DNA from: a virus
Lineage: Duplodnaviria; Caudoviricetes
Length of the DNA: 50,313 bases
Reading direction: 5' to 3' (one strand)
IMG/VR virus record: IMGVR_UViG_3300048853_000117
Span: 1-50,313 of that record
In this document: in pieces, positions 18,369-26,412 of the stretch
Numbering within the stretch: the first letter of the stretch is position 1
How the letters are laid out: every line of letters begins with the position of its first letter
Notes under the pieces: model-generated
What the model was told of the DNA's origin: nothing
Database searches by the model: none
Seen by the model: only the letters and a program-made list of their open reading frames with translations
Position numbers and translations under genes: made by a program

Positions 18369-18527
18369 GCCGCGTCGCTGCTCGGATCGTGCTGTTACAA
18401 TTCACCCCGTGGCGGCGCGTGAATCGCTGGTGGTAGGTCTGAGGAACGTCGAGATCGTCTAGCTCGACGCGGCGGTGGCTCCCCAGCCACTGAGCCAGAC
18501 AATCCGCAGCGTGGCTCGCGAGCCGAT

Positions 18528-18625
18528 GGGTCCTTCCTGGGCGCGGCGTATGCGGGGGGCAAGCGCGCGCGAGTCGCCTAGCGTCTGCCCCGTTTTCCGG
18601 GTTGCCAGCGCTCCCGGTTGCCGCC
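18528..18625 (+). other. Putative cos packaging site (cosQ/cosN/cosB-like)
   Basis: GGGTCCT at 18528-18534 equals lambda cosQ; G-rich GGGGGGCAAGCG followed by CGCG at 18554; then GGTTGCC repeats; GpA-type terminase present. Confidence 0.55.
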
Positions 18626-18663
18626 CCGCGCAGGGCGTAGCCACCTTCACCAGCAGGTCCCGC

Positions 18664-20133
18664 ATGCCCCAGCCGCCCTGGCAGGCGAGCGCCGTCGAGG
18701 CGCGCGCTGTCGCCTCCCTGCTGCCCTACGCCGGCAACGCGCGCACGCACTCCGCCGAGCAGGTGGCGCAGATCGCAGCCAGCATCCTCGAGTTCGGCTT
18801 CGTGGCGCCGGTGCTGGTGGACGAGCGCGGCGAGCTCATCGCCGGCCACGGCCGGCTGCTGGCGGCCAAGTCCCTCGGCCTCGACGCCGTCCCGACCATC
18901 GTCCGCACCGGGCTGAACGAGGCGCAGAAGGCGGCCTACCGCCTCGCCGACAACCGCATCGCGCTCAACGCCGGCTGGGACGAGGCGCTGCTCGCCGCTG
19001 AGGTGGCGAAGCTGCAGGAGACCGGCGCCATCGACCTGGCGCTGACCGGCTTCGACGGCGCGGAGATCGAGCGGCTGCTTGCCGGCCTGGACGCGGCGGC
19101 AACCGAGCCCGGCAACGACCCCGTTGCCAGCCCCGGCGCGCCCGCAACGGCCGCCCCTGATCACGCGGCGGCTGGCAACGCGGACGAGGACCCCGCCGAC
19201 GCCGAGCCCGACGCGCCGCGCCAGGCCGTCACCCGCCCCGGCGACCTCTGGCTGCTCGGCGAGCACCGCCTGCTCTGCGGCGACAGCACCGATGCCGCGG
19301 CGGTGGCCCGTGTCATGGGCGCGGACCGCGCGGCGGTGCTCTTCACCAGCCCGCCCTACGGCAACCAGCGCGACTACACCACCGGCGGCGTCTCCGATTG
19401 GGATGCCCTCATGCAGGGCGTGTTCGACCACCTGCCCCTCGCGCTGCGCGACGACGGCCAGGTGCTGGTGAACCTCGGCCTGATCCACCGCGAGAACGAG
19501 TGGCAGCCCTACTGGTCCGGCTGGCTCGACTGGATGCGCGCCCAGGGCTGGCGCCGCTTCGGCCTCTACGCCTGGGACCAGGGGCCCGGCCTGCCGGGCG
19601 ACTGGAACGGCCGCCTCGCCCCGGCCTTCGAGTTCGTCTTCCACTTCAACCGCCAGGCCCGCCGGCCGAACAAGATCATCCCCTGCCGTTGGGCGGGGCA
19701 CGTCAACAGCAGCCACGGCGGCATGCGGGCCAAGGACGGCACGGTGGGCGAGTGGCAGCACGCCGGCCAGGGCGTGCAGGAGACGCGGATCCCGGACAAC
19801 GTCTTGCGCATCACCCGCCACAAGGCGCGCGGCATCGAGACCGAGCACCCGGCGGTGTTCCCGGTCGCGCTGCCGGAGTTCCTGATGCGCGCCTATGCTG
19901 ACGAGGGCGAGGTCGTCTTCGAGCCGTTCGCCGGCTCCGGCACCACGCTCCTCGCCGGCCAGCGCACCGGGCGGCGGGTGCGGGCCATCGAGCTCGCGCC
20001 GTCCTACGTGGACCTCGCCGTCGCGCGCTGGCGACGGTTGCATCCCGATCTGCCGGTCACGCTCGCCGACGACGGGCGGGACTTCGACACGGTGGCCACC
20101 GCGCGGGCGGAGGCGCTGTCCGATGCGGCCTGA
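18664..20133 (+). CDS. ParB-like domain plus beta-class DNA methyltransferase (SPPY)
   Basis: LLPYAGNARTH...IAGHGRL (ParB); FTSPPY; HPAVFP; EPFAGSGTT; start MPQPP at 18664. Confidence 0.88.
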   Translation: MPQPPWQASAVEARAVASLLPYAGNARTHSAEQVAQIAASILEFGFVAPVLVDERGELIAGHGRLLAAKSLGLDAVPTIVRTGLNEAQKAAYRLADNRIALNAGWDEALLAAEVAKLQETGAIDLALTGFDGAEIERLLAGLDAAATEPGNDPVASPGAPATAAPDHAAAGNADEDPADAEPDAPRQAVTRPGDLWLLGEHRLLCGDSTDAAAVARVMGADRAAVLFTSPPYGNQRDYTTGGVSDWDALMQGVFDHLPLALRDDGQVLVNLGLIHRENEWQPYWSGWLDWMRAQGWRRFGLYAWDQGPGLPGDWNGRLAPAFEFVFHFNRQARRPNKIIPCRWAGHVNSSHGGMRAKDGTVGEWQHAGQGVQETRIPDNVLRITRHKARGIETEHPAVFPVALPEFLMRAYADEGEVVFEPFAGSGTTLLAGQRTGRRVRAIELAPSYVDLAVARWRRLHPDLPVTLADDGRDFDTVATARAEALSDAA

Positions 20134-21391
20134 CCTGCAGCTCGAGATGATGCCGGTCGCCGCGCTCGCGCCCTACGCCGCGAACGCCCGGCTGCACCCG
20201 GACGAGCAGGTGGCGCAGCTCGCCGCCTCGATCGCAGAATTCGGCTTCAACGTGCCGGTGCTGGTGGACGACGCCGGCGTGCTGATCGCCGGCCACGGCC
20301 GCGTGCTCGCCGCCAAGGCGATCGGCCTCGCGGAGGTGCCGGCGATCCGGCTCGGGCACCTGACCGAGGCGCAGGCGCGGGCCTTCCGGCTGGCGGACAA
20401 CCAGCTGGCGCTGAACTCGACCTGGGACGAGGCCCTGCTCGCAGCCGAGCTGCGGACACTGCGCACCGACGAGTTCGACCTCGGGCTGATCGGCTTCGAC
20501 GGCGCGACGCTTGATCGGCTGCTGGCCGAGGCGGCGTCGGACGCGCCGGCCACATCCACCGGAGATCCTGACACGCCGGCGCCAGAGCCGCCGGTGACGC
20601 CGGTTACCCGGCCCGGCGACCTCTGGCTCCTCGGCCCGCACCGGCTGCTCTGCGGCGACAGCACGAGCGCCAGCGATGGGGCGCAGCTGCTCGGTGGCGC
20701 ACGGCCACACCTCATGATCACGGATCCACCGTACGGGGTGAACTACGACCCCGAGTGGCGGAACGAGGCGGGCGTCTCGGCCACGATGCGCACCGGCAAG
20801 GTGGCCAACGATGACCGCGCCGACTGGCGCGCGGCCTGGGCACTGTTCCCGGGCGACGTGGCCTACGTCTGGCATGCCGGCGTGCACAGCCGCACGGTGA
20901 TCGAGAGCCTCGAGGCGGCGGGCTTCGCGGTGCGCAGCCAGATCGTCTGGGCCAAGCCGCGCTTCGTGCTGGGGCGCGGCGACTATCACTGGCAGCATGA
21001 GCCCTGCCTCTACGCGGTGCGCAGAGGCGCGACCGGGCACTGGCAGGGCGCGCGGGACCAGGCGACGCTCTGGGCGATCGCGGCCGGCGGTGACGAGGAC
21101 GCGGCGACGGTGCACGGCACCCAGAAGCCGGTCGAGTGCATGCGCCGCCCGATGCTGAACAACAGCGCGCCGGGCGAGGCGGTCTATGAGCCGTTCTGCG
21201 GCAGCGGCAGCACCATCGTCGCGGCGGAGACCACCGGCCGGGTCTGCCTCGCGATGGAACTCGATCCCCGCTACGTGGACGTCGCGGTGCGGCGCTGGCA
21301 GACCTTCACCGGCCGGGCTGCGGTGCTGGCCGGTGAGGATCGGGTCCTCGGGGATGTCGCCGCCACCCGTGGCGTTCCGGTGCCGACCTGA
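20123..21391 (+). CDS. ParB-like domain plus beta-class DNA methyltransferase (DPPY)
   Basis: PYAANARLH...IAGHGRV; TDPPY; HGTQKP; EPFCGSGST; start 20123. Confidence 0.88.
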   Translation: MRPDLQLEMMPVAALAPYAANARLHPDEQVAQLAASIAEFGFNVPVLVDDAGVLIAGHGRVLAAKAIGLAEVPAIRLGHLTEAQARAFRLADNQLALNSTWDEALLAAELRTLRTDEFDLGLIGFDGATLDRLLAEAASDAPATSTGDPDTPAPEPPVTPVTRPGDLWLLGPHRLLCGDSTSASDGAQLLGGARPHLMITDPPYGVNYDPEWRNEAGVSATMRTGKVANDDRADWRAAWALFPGDVAYVWHAGVHSRTVIESLEAAGFAVRSQIVWAKPRFVLGRGDYHWQHEPCLYAVRRGATGHWQGARDQATLWAIAAGGDEDAATVHGTQKPVECMRRPMLNNSAPGEAVYEPFCGSGSTIVAAETTGRVCLAMELDPRYVDVAVRRWQTFTGRAAVLAGEDRVLGDVAATRGVPVPT

Positions 21392-21450
21392 GTCCGGCGC
21401 GGCCGCGGGAGGCCATCGGAATGCGGCCGGGGCGGGTGTAGCCTACCGCC

Positions 21451-21879
21451 ATGGCAGACCCCTTCGACCTCGAGCGCTTCGTGCAGGCGCAGGAGCCCGT
21501 GATCGCCGACGTGCGCCGCGAGCTCCGGGCGGGACGGAAGCGCACGCACTGGATGTGGTTCATCTTTCCGCAGCTCTGCGCCCTCGGGCGGAGCCCGACC
21601 GCCCAGCGCTACGGCATCGCCTCGCTGGCCGAGGCGCAGGCCTACATGGCGCACCCGGTGCTCGGGCCGCGGTTGGTCGAGTGAGCCGAGCTGGTCCGCG
21701 CGGTCCAGGGCCGGTCCGCGCACGAGATCTTCGGCAGCCCGGACGACCTGAAGCTCCGGTCGTCCATGACCCTGTTCGCGGCGGCCCGCCCCGAGGCGGC
21801 GGTGTTCGCCGACGTGCTGCGGCAGTACTTCGGGGGCGAGCCGGACCCGCTGACGACCGAACTGCTGGCGAAGGGCTGA
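21451..21879 (+). pseudogene. DUF1810 family gene interrupted by an in-frame TGA (21682-21684)
   Basis: DLERFVQAQ...HWMWFIFPQ...HPVLGPRLVE*AELV...IFGSPDDLKLRSSMTLF continues in the same frame to TGA 21879. Confidence 0.8.
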
Positions 21880-21889
21880 CAGGCGGACA

Positions 21890-21916
21890 CCGCCGCCCGC
21901 GATCGGCGGGCGGCGG
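21890..21916. terminator. GC hairpin between convergent genes
   Basis: CCGCCGCCCGC-GATCG-GCGGGCGGCGG perfect 11-bp stem; no clear U-tract. Confidence 0.5.
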
Positions 21917-21942
21917 CGCCAGGGTACCGGCTCGGCTCGGCA

Positions 21943-22740
21943 TCAGCCGGCGATGCGGTAGATGGTGAAGGACCCCTTCGCGCCTTCCTTGCCCGGCCCG
22001 ACCTGGCGGACCCGCTCCGCGGCCTCGACCACAATGCCTTGGCGCTTCTTCAGGCCGGCGAAGAACCCGCGCACGGTGTGCGGCGCCCAGCCGGTGGCCT
22101 CGGCGATCTGCGCCACCGTCGCCCCCTCGGGGCGGCGCAGCATGGCCAGCACCTGCTCCTGCTTCGTGCCCTCGCGCGGCTTGCGCGGCGCGCCGGGCTC
22201 CCGGGCCTGCCGGGGCGGCTTGCCCGCGAGGACGGAGCGGAGCCCCTGCATGGGGCCGTCGAGGGCGGCGATGATATCCGCCGCGCGGGTGGCCTCGTCG
22301 TCCCAGGCGGCGAGCACGGCGGCGGCGGCATCGCGCAGGCCCGGCTTCGCCGTCCGGCCCGGCGCCGCGAGGGCGGCGTCGAGCAGGGCAAGGTCCTCGA
22401 CGCAGTCGGTTGCCCGGGGCGCCATGGGCGCGCCCTCGGCGGGTTCGGGGTGGTGGTGCTGGGTGGCGTCGTCTGCCGCCGTGCTGTCATTCGGCTCGAC
22501 GCCGATGGCGCGCAGCCCCTCGTCGGTGATCTTGAGCAGCATCTCGTCGCCGTCGGTCGTCCACTTCGCGATGGCATCGTAGGCGGGGCGGTGCACCGCG
22601 ATCACCAGGTCGGCCTTGAGCAGCGCCTTGGCGACCGCCTGCCGCGCCGCGGCCGGCAGCCGCTCGGGCGGGTAGGCCAGGTGCTCGGGGTGCTGCGCGG
22701 CGGCGGTGAGGATCGCCGTCTGTGTATCGGTGAGCTTCAT
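21943..22740 (-). CDS. DUF3489 domain protein
   Basis: MKLTDTQ..IL..AAQ N-terminus; REGTKQEQVLAMLRRPEGAT.AQIAEATGW.PHTVRG. Confidence 0.88.
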   Translation of the reverse strand: MKLTDTQTAILTAAAQHPEHLAYPPERLPAAARQAVAKALLKADLVIAVHRPAYDAIAKWTTDGDEMLLKITDEGLRAIGVEPNDSTAADDATQHHHPEPAEGAPMAPRATDCVEDLALLDAALAAPGRTAKPGLRDAAAAVLAAWDDEATRAADIIAALDGPMQGLRSVLAGKPPRQAREPGAPRKPREGTKQEQVLAMLRRPEGATVAQIAEATGWAPHTVRGFFAGLKKRQGIVVEAAERVRQVGPGKEGAKGSFTIYRIAG

Positions 22741-22790
22741 CGTCGGGTCTCCGGTTCCGGGAGCCGACCCTCGGCCCCCTACTGCCGGGA

Positions 22791-22818
22791 GCCCCGCCGG
22801 GCGGAACCCGGGCGGGGC
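22791..22818 (-). terminator. Hairpin upstream of the DUF3489 gene
   Basis: GCCCCGCC...GGCGGGGC stem. Confidence 0.35.
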
Positions 22819-22839
22819 CGTCGTGGGGCGCGGCGCGCG

Positions 22840-23079
22840 TCAGCGGCTGTATTCGCCCCGCTTGAAATGCTGGTCCGCGATGTCCTTCAGCTTCGCGGTG
22901 GCGTCCGCGAGCCAGGCTGCCTCGCCCCAGAGCACCGCCTCGGGATCTGCCCCGAAGTGGTCGTCGCTGGCCTGCCGCAACTCCGCCAGCAGGGCGTCGA
23001 ACTCCGCCTTCTTCGCCAGGAAGGCCTCGAGGCTCCGCAGCTGCACCGCTTCGCGCTTGGTCATCGTCGTCTCCGTCAT
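22840..23079 (-). CDS. Small conserved protein usually paired with DUF3489
   Basis: AFLAKKAEFDALLAEL..ASDDHF..DPE.V.WG...D.HF..GEY. Confidence 0.75.
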   Translation of the reverse strand: MTETTMTKREAVQLRSLEAFLAKKAEFDALLAELRQASDDHFGADPEAVLWGEAAWLADATAKLKDIADQHFKRGEYSR

Positions 23080-23177
23080 CTGCATCGCGTGACGGACCAT
23101 TCGCGCTGCGGCGGGGGCTGAGCCAAGCGCCGGCGGCGCTCCGTTGATTGCTTTGTTCGAGGGGTCTCGATCAGATC

Positions 23178-23753
23178 ATGACCGCTGCCGCGCAGCCGGG
23201 CCGCGTGGCCTCGCAGCGCGAGGTGGCGCGCCGCCTCGGCGTCTCCCACACGGCGCTGCAGAAGGCGCAGCGCGCCGGCCGCATCGCGCCCGAGCCGGAC
23301 GGCGCTTGGGACGTCGAGAGGGTCCGCGCCCGACTCGCCGAGAGCAGCAATCCGACCCGTAAGACGGCGGCTTTCGCCGCGCCGCCGCCTCCACGTCCCG
23401 CAGCGCCGGCTGCCGCGCCGCTGACACCGCCTGCTGCGCCCGATCCACTGCCCCGCGCCGCCCAGAACACCTTCCACGACGCGCGCACGGCAAACGAGGT
23501 GCTGAAGGCGCAGGAGCGCCGGCTGCGGCTCGACGAGCGCAAGGGCAAGCTGGTCGACAAGGCGCGCGCCCTGCTGCTGGTGCACCGCCTCGCCAAGGAG
23601 GAGCGCGACGCGATCCTCGCCTGGCCGGCCCGCGTGGCCGCGGAGATGGCGGCCGAGCTCGGCGTCGACACGCACCGGCTGCAGACGATGATGGACGCCA
23701 GGCTCCGCCAGCATCTGGCCGAGCGGCACGATGTGCGGGTGAGCGTCGGCTGA
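23178..23753 (+). CDS. terS: Terminase small subunit
   Basis: N-terminal HTH, ARTANEVLKAQ..RL.L...KG.LVD coiled coil, TGATG coupling to TerL. Confidence 0.8.
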   Translation: MTAAAQPGRVASQREVARRLGVSHTALQKAQRAGRIAPEPDGAWDVERVRARLAESSNPTRKTAAFAAPPPPRPAAPAAAPLTPPAAPDPLPRAAQNTFHDARTANEVLKAQERRLRLDERKGKLVDKARALLLVHRLAKEERDAILAWPARVAAEMAAELGVDTHRLQTMMDARLRQHLAERHDVRVSVG

Positions 23754-25717
23754 TGACAGGCGAGCACCTGCTCGACGAGCTCGGCCGCTTCGACGGCGAC
23801 GCCGAGATCCTGCAGGCCTGGCGCGACGGCATGGCGCCGGAGCCGGCGCTGCTCGTCTCGGAGTGGGCCGACCGGCACCGCGTGCTCGGCTCGCGGGGCT
23901 CCGCCGAGCCGGGGCCGTGGCGGACCGCGCGCACGCCCTACCTGAAGGAGGTGATGGACGCACTGTCGCCGGCCCACCCGGCGCGGCGCGTGGTGTTCAT
24001 GAAGGGGGCCCAGGTCGGCGGCACCGAGTGCGGCAACAACTGGATCGGCTACGTCATCCACCACGCGCCGGGGCCGATGCTGGCGGTGCAGCCGACGACG
24101 GAGCTCGCCAAGCGCTTCTCCGACCAGCGCATCGACCCGCTGGTGGAGGAGACGCCGGCAATTCGGGAACGGGTCGCGCCGGCGCGCTCGCGGGACAGCG
24201 GCAATCGCCAGCTCAGCAAGGAGTTCCCCGGCGGACAACTGGTGATGACCGGCGCGAATAGCGCAGTCGGGCTTCGCTCCATGTCGGCGCGCTTCCTATT
24301 CCTCGACGAGATCGACGCCTATCCCGGCGACGTCGAGGGCGAGGGTGACCCGATCGCGCTCGCCGAGGCGCGGGCGCGCACCTTCGGCTGGCGGCGCAAG
24401 ATGCTGCTGGTTTCGACGCCGACCATCGCCGGGCTGTCGCGGATCGAGCGGGAGTACCTGGCCACCGACCAGCGCCGCTACTTCGTGCCCTGCCCGCACT
24501 GCGGGGCGATGCAGTGGCTGCGCTTCGCGCGGCTGGCCTGGGACGACGGCGATCCGGAGACGGCGCGCTACCTCTGCGAGGCCTGCGACAGCGCGATCGG
24601 AGAGCGGCACAAGGCGGCGATGCTGGCCGCGGGTGAGTGGCGGGCGACCGCCACGGCGGCGGACCCGCACGCGGTGGGCTTCCACATCTCGGCGCTCTAC
24701 TCGCCGCCGGGCTGGATGCCGTGGTCGGAGGTTGTCCGGCTCTGGGTCGCCGCCCAGGGCGACGACCGGGCGATCAAGACCTTCCGCAACACCGTGCTGG
24801 GTGAGACCTGGCAGGAGGCGGGCGACGCGCCGGACTGGCAGCGGCTCTACGACCGCCGCGAGGACTGGCCGGCCGGCAGCGTGCCGTCGGGCGGGCTCCT
24901 GCTGACCGCCGGGGTGGACGTCCAGCGCGACCGCCTCGAGGCGAGCATCTGGGCCTGGGGACAGGACCGCCAGTCCTGGCTGGTCGAGCATCGCGTCCTC
25001 GTCGGCAACCCGTTTGAGGCGGCGGTGTGGGAGGAGTTGCGGTTGCTGCTCGGCGAGACCTGGCGGCACGCGAGCGGACACCGCCTGCCGGTCGCCATGG
25101 CGGCGATCGACAGCGGTGACGGCATGACCACGGCCGAGGTCTACGCCTTCGTCCGGCGCGCCGGTGCCGGCCGCGCCATTGCGGTGAAGGGTCAGGACGG
25201 GCTGCGCGCCGCGGTCGGCCAGCCGGCCGCGACAGAGGTGCGGCGGAATGGGCGGAAGCTCGGCGGCCTGAAGCTCTGGCCGGTGGGCTCGTCCTTCCTC
25301 AAGGGCGAGACCTATGGCTGGCTGAAGCTGGAGCGGCCGACAGCGGAGAGCGGTGATCCGTTCCCGCCAGGCTTCCTCCACCTGCCGGTCCACGCAGCGG
25401 GGGAGGAGTTCTGCCGCCAGCTCACTGCCGAGCAGCTGGTGGCGCGGGCGGGGCGGAACGGCTTTCGGCGGCTGGAGTGGGTGAAGACCAGGGAGCGCAA
25501 CGAGGCGCTCGACTGCCGGGTCTACGCCCGCGCCGCCGCGGCGGCGCTCGGCATGGACGGATGGGGCGAAGGCCGCTGGGCGCGGATGGCCGATGCGCTG
25601 TCGCTGCCGGCGGCGGACCAGATCGAGGCGCCGGCAGCCTCCACCGCTTCGCCGGTGGCTGCCGCACCGACGCGGCCGCGATCGTGGCTTGCGCCGCGCA
25701 GCGGCTGGTTGCGGTAG
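23753..25717 (+). CDS. terL: Terminase large subunit, lambda GpA family
   Basis: VSEWAD..R, KGAQVGGTE, LFLDEID, STPT, GVDVQ, RNEALDC. Confidence 0.95.
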   Translation: MTGEHLLDELGRFDGDAEILQAWRDGMAPEPALLVSEWADRHRVLGSRGSAEPGPWRTARTPYLKEVMDALSPAHPARRVVFMKGAQVGGTECGNNWIGYVIHHAPGPMLAVQPTTELAKRFSDQRIDPLVEETPAIRERVAPARSRDSGNRQLSKEFPGGQLVMTGANSAVGLRSMSARFLFLDEIDAYPGDVEGEGDPIALAEARARTFGWRRKMLLVSTPTIAGLSRIEREYLATDQRRYFVPCPHCGAMQWLRFARLAWDDGDPETARYLCEACDSAIGERHKAAMLAAGEWRATATAADPHAVGFHISALYSPPGWMPWSEVVRLWVAAQGDDRAIKTFRNTVLGETWQEAGDAPDWQRLYDRREDWPAGSVPSGGLLLTAGVDVQRDRLEASIWAWGQDRQSWLVEHRVLVGNPFEAAVWEELRLLLGETWRHASGHRLPVAMAAIDSGDGMTTAEVYAFVRRAGAGRAIAVKGQDGLRAAVGQPAATEVRRNGRKLGGLKLWPVGSSFLKGETYGWLKLERPTAESGDPFPPGFLHLPVHAAGEEFCRQLTAEQLVARAGRNGFRRLEWVKTRERNEALDCRVYARAAAAALGMDGWGEGRWARMADALSLPAADQIEAPAASTASPVAAAPTRPRSWLAPRSGWLR

Positions 25718-25742
25718 CAGGCCGGGCGACGAAGCTAGATCG

Positions 25743-26114
25743 TCACTGCGGCACGGTCATGAGCTCGAGGATGTGGCCGTCCGGATCCCGGAAGTAGACG
25801 CCGCGGCCGCCGTTCCAGTCGTTGAGCTTGCCGTCGTCGAGGCTTCGGGGGCCGCTGCCGAAGGCGAGCCCCGCCGCCTGCACTCGCTGCAGGATGGCGC
25901 CGAACTCGTCGTCGCTCACGTGGAAGGCGTAGTGCTGGCTGGCGATCGGCCCCATCGCGGTGGCGAAGTCGAGCGTCAGAGTGTCGTTGACCCGCACCGG
26001 CGCGAAGTGCCCGCCCGCGCCCTCGAAGTGCAGGCCGAAGATCTGCGCGAAGAACCGCGCAGCGTCCTCCTTGTCGCGAGCGGGCACGATCGTGTGGTTC
26101 AGCATGATCGTCAT
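25743..26114 (-). CDS. VOC/glyoxalase-bleomycin-resistance family protein (moron)
   Basis: LNHTIV...FFAQIFGL...HYAFHV...GRGVYFRDPDGHILELMT; AGGAGGGAG RBS. Confidence 0.88.
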   Translation of the reverse strand: MTIMLNHTIVPARDKEDAARFFAQIFGLHFEGAGGHFAPVRVNDTLTLDFATAMGPIASQHYAFHVSDDEFGAILQRVQAAGLAFGSGPRSLDDGKLNDWNGGRGVYFRDPDGHILELMTVPQ

Positions 26115-26175
26115 GGGCTCCCTCCTTCGGATGCCGGCCGCGGCTGCAGCCGGGCTGCGCTGAGGACACAGATAT

Positions 26176-26412
26176 ATGGATCCGACCGTCCTCGCCTGGG
26201 CGCTGGTGCAGCCCGCCGGCAGCCGCGCGGCCGCGCTCGCCGCCGCCTACACCGGCGGCACCACGCGGGTGACCTTCGACGGCCGCACGGTGGAGTACCG
26301 CCGCCTCGACGAGCTCGGCCGCGCTCTGGCGGTGCTGCGCGGGGCTGAGATGTCCGCGGCGCGTCGCCCCTTGGTGACGCTGGCCAGCTTCTCGCGGGAG
26401 AGAACCGGGTGA
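26176..26412 (+). CDS. gpW-like head-tail joining protein
   Basis: GTTRVTFDGRTVEYR..DEL; located between TerL and portal. Confidence 0.8.
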   Translation: MDPTVLAWALVQPAGSRAAALAAAYTGGTTRVTFDGRTVEYRRLDELGRALAVLRGAEMSAARRPLVTLASFSRERTG

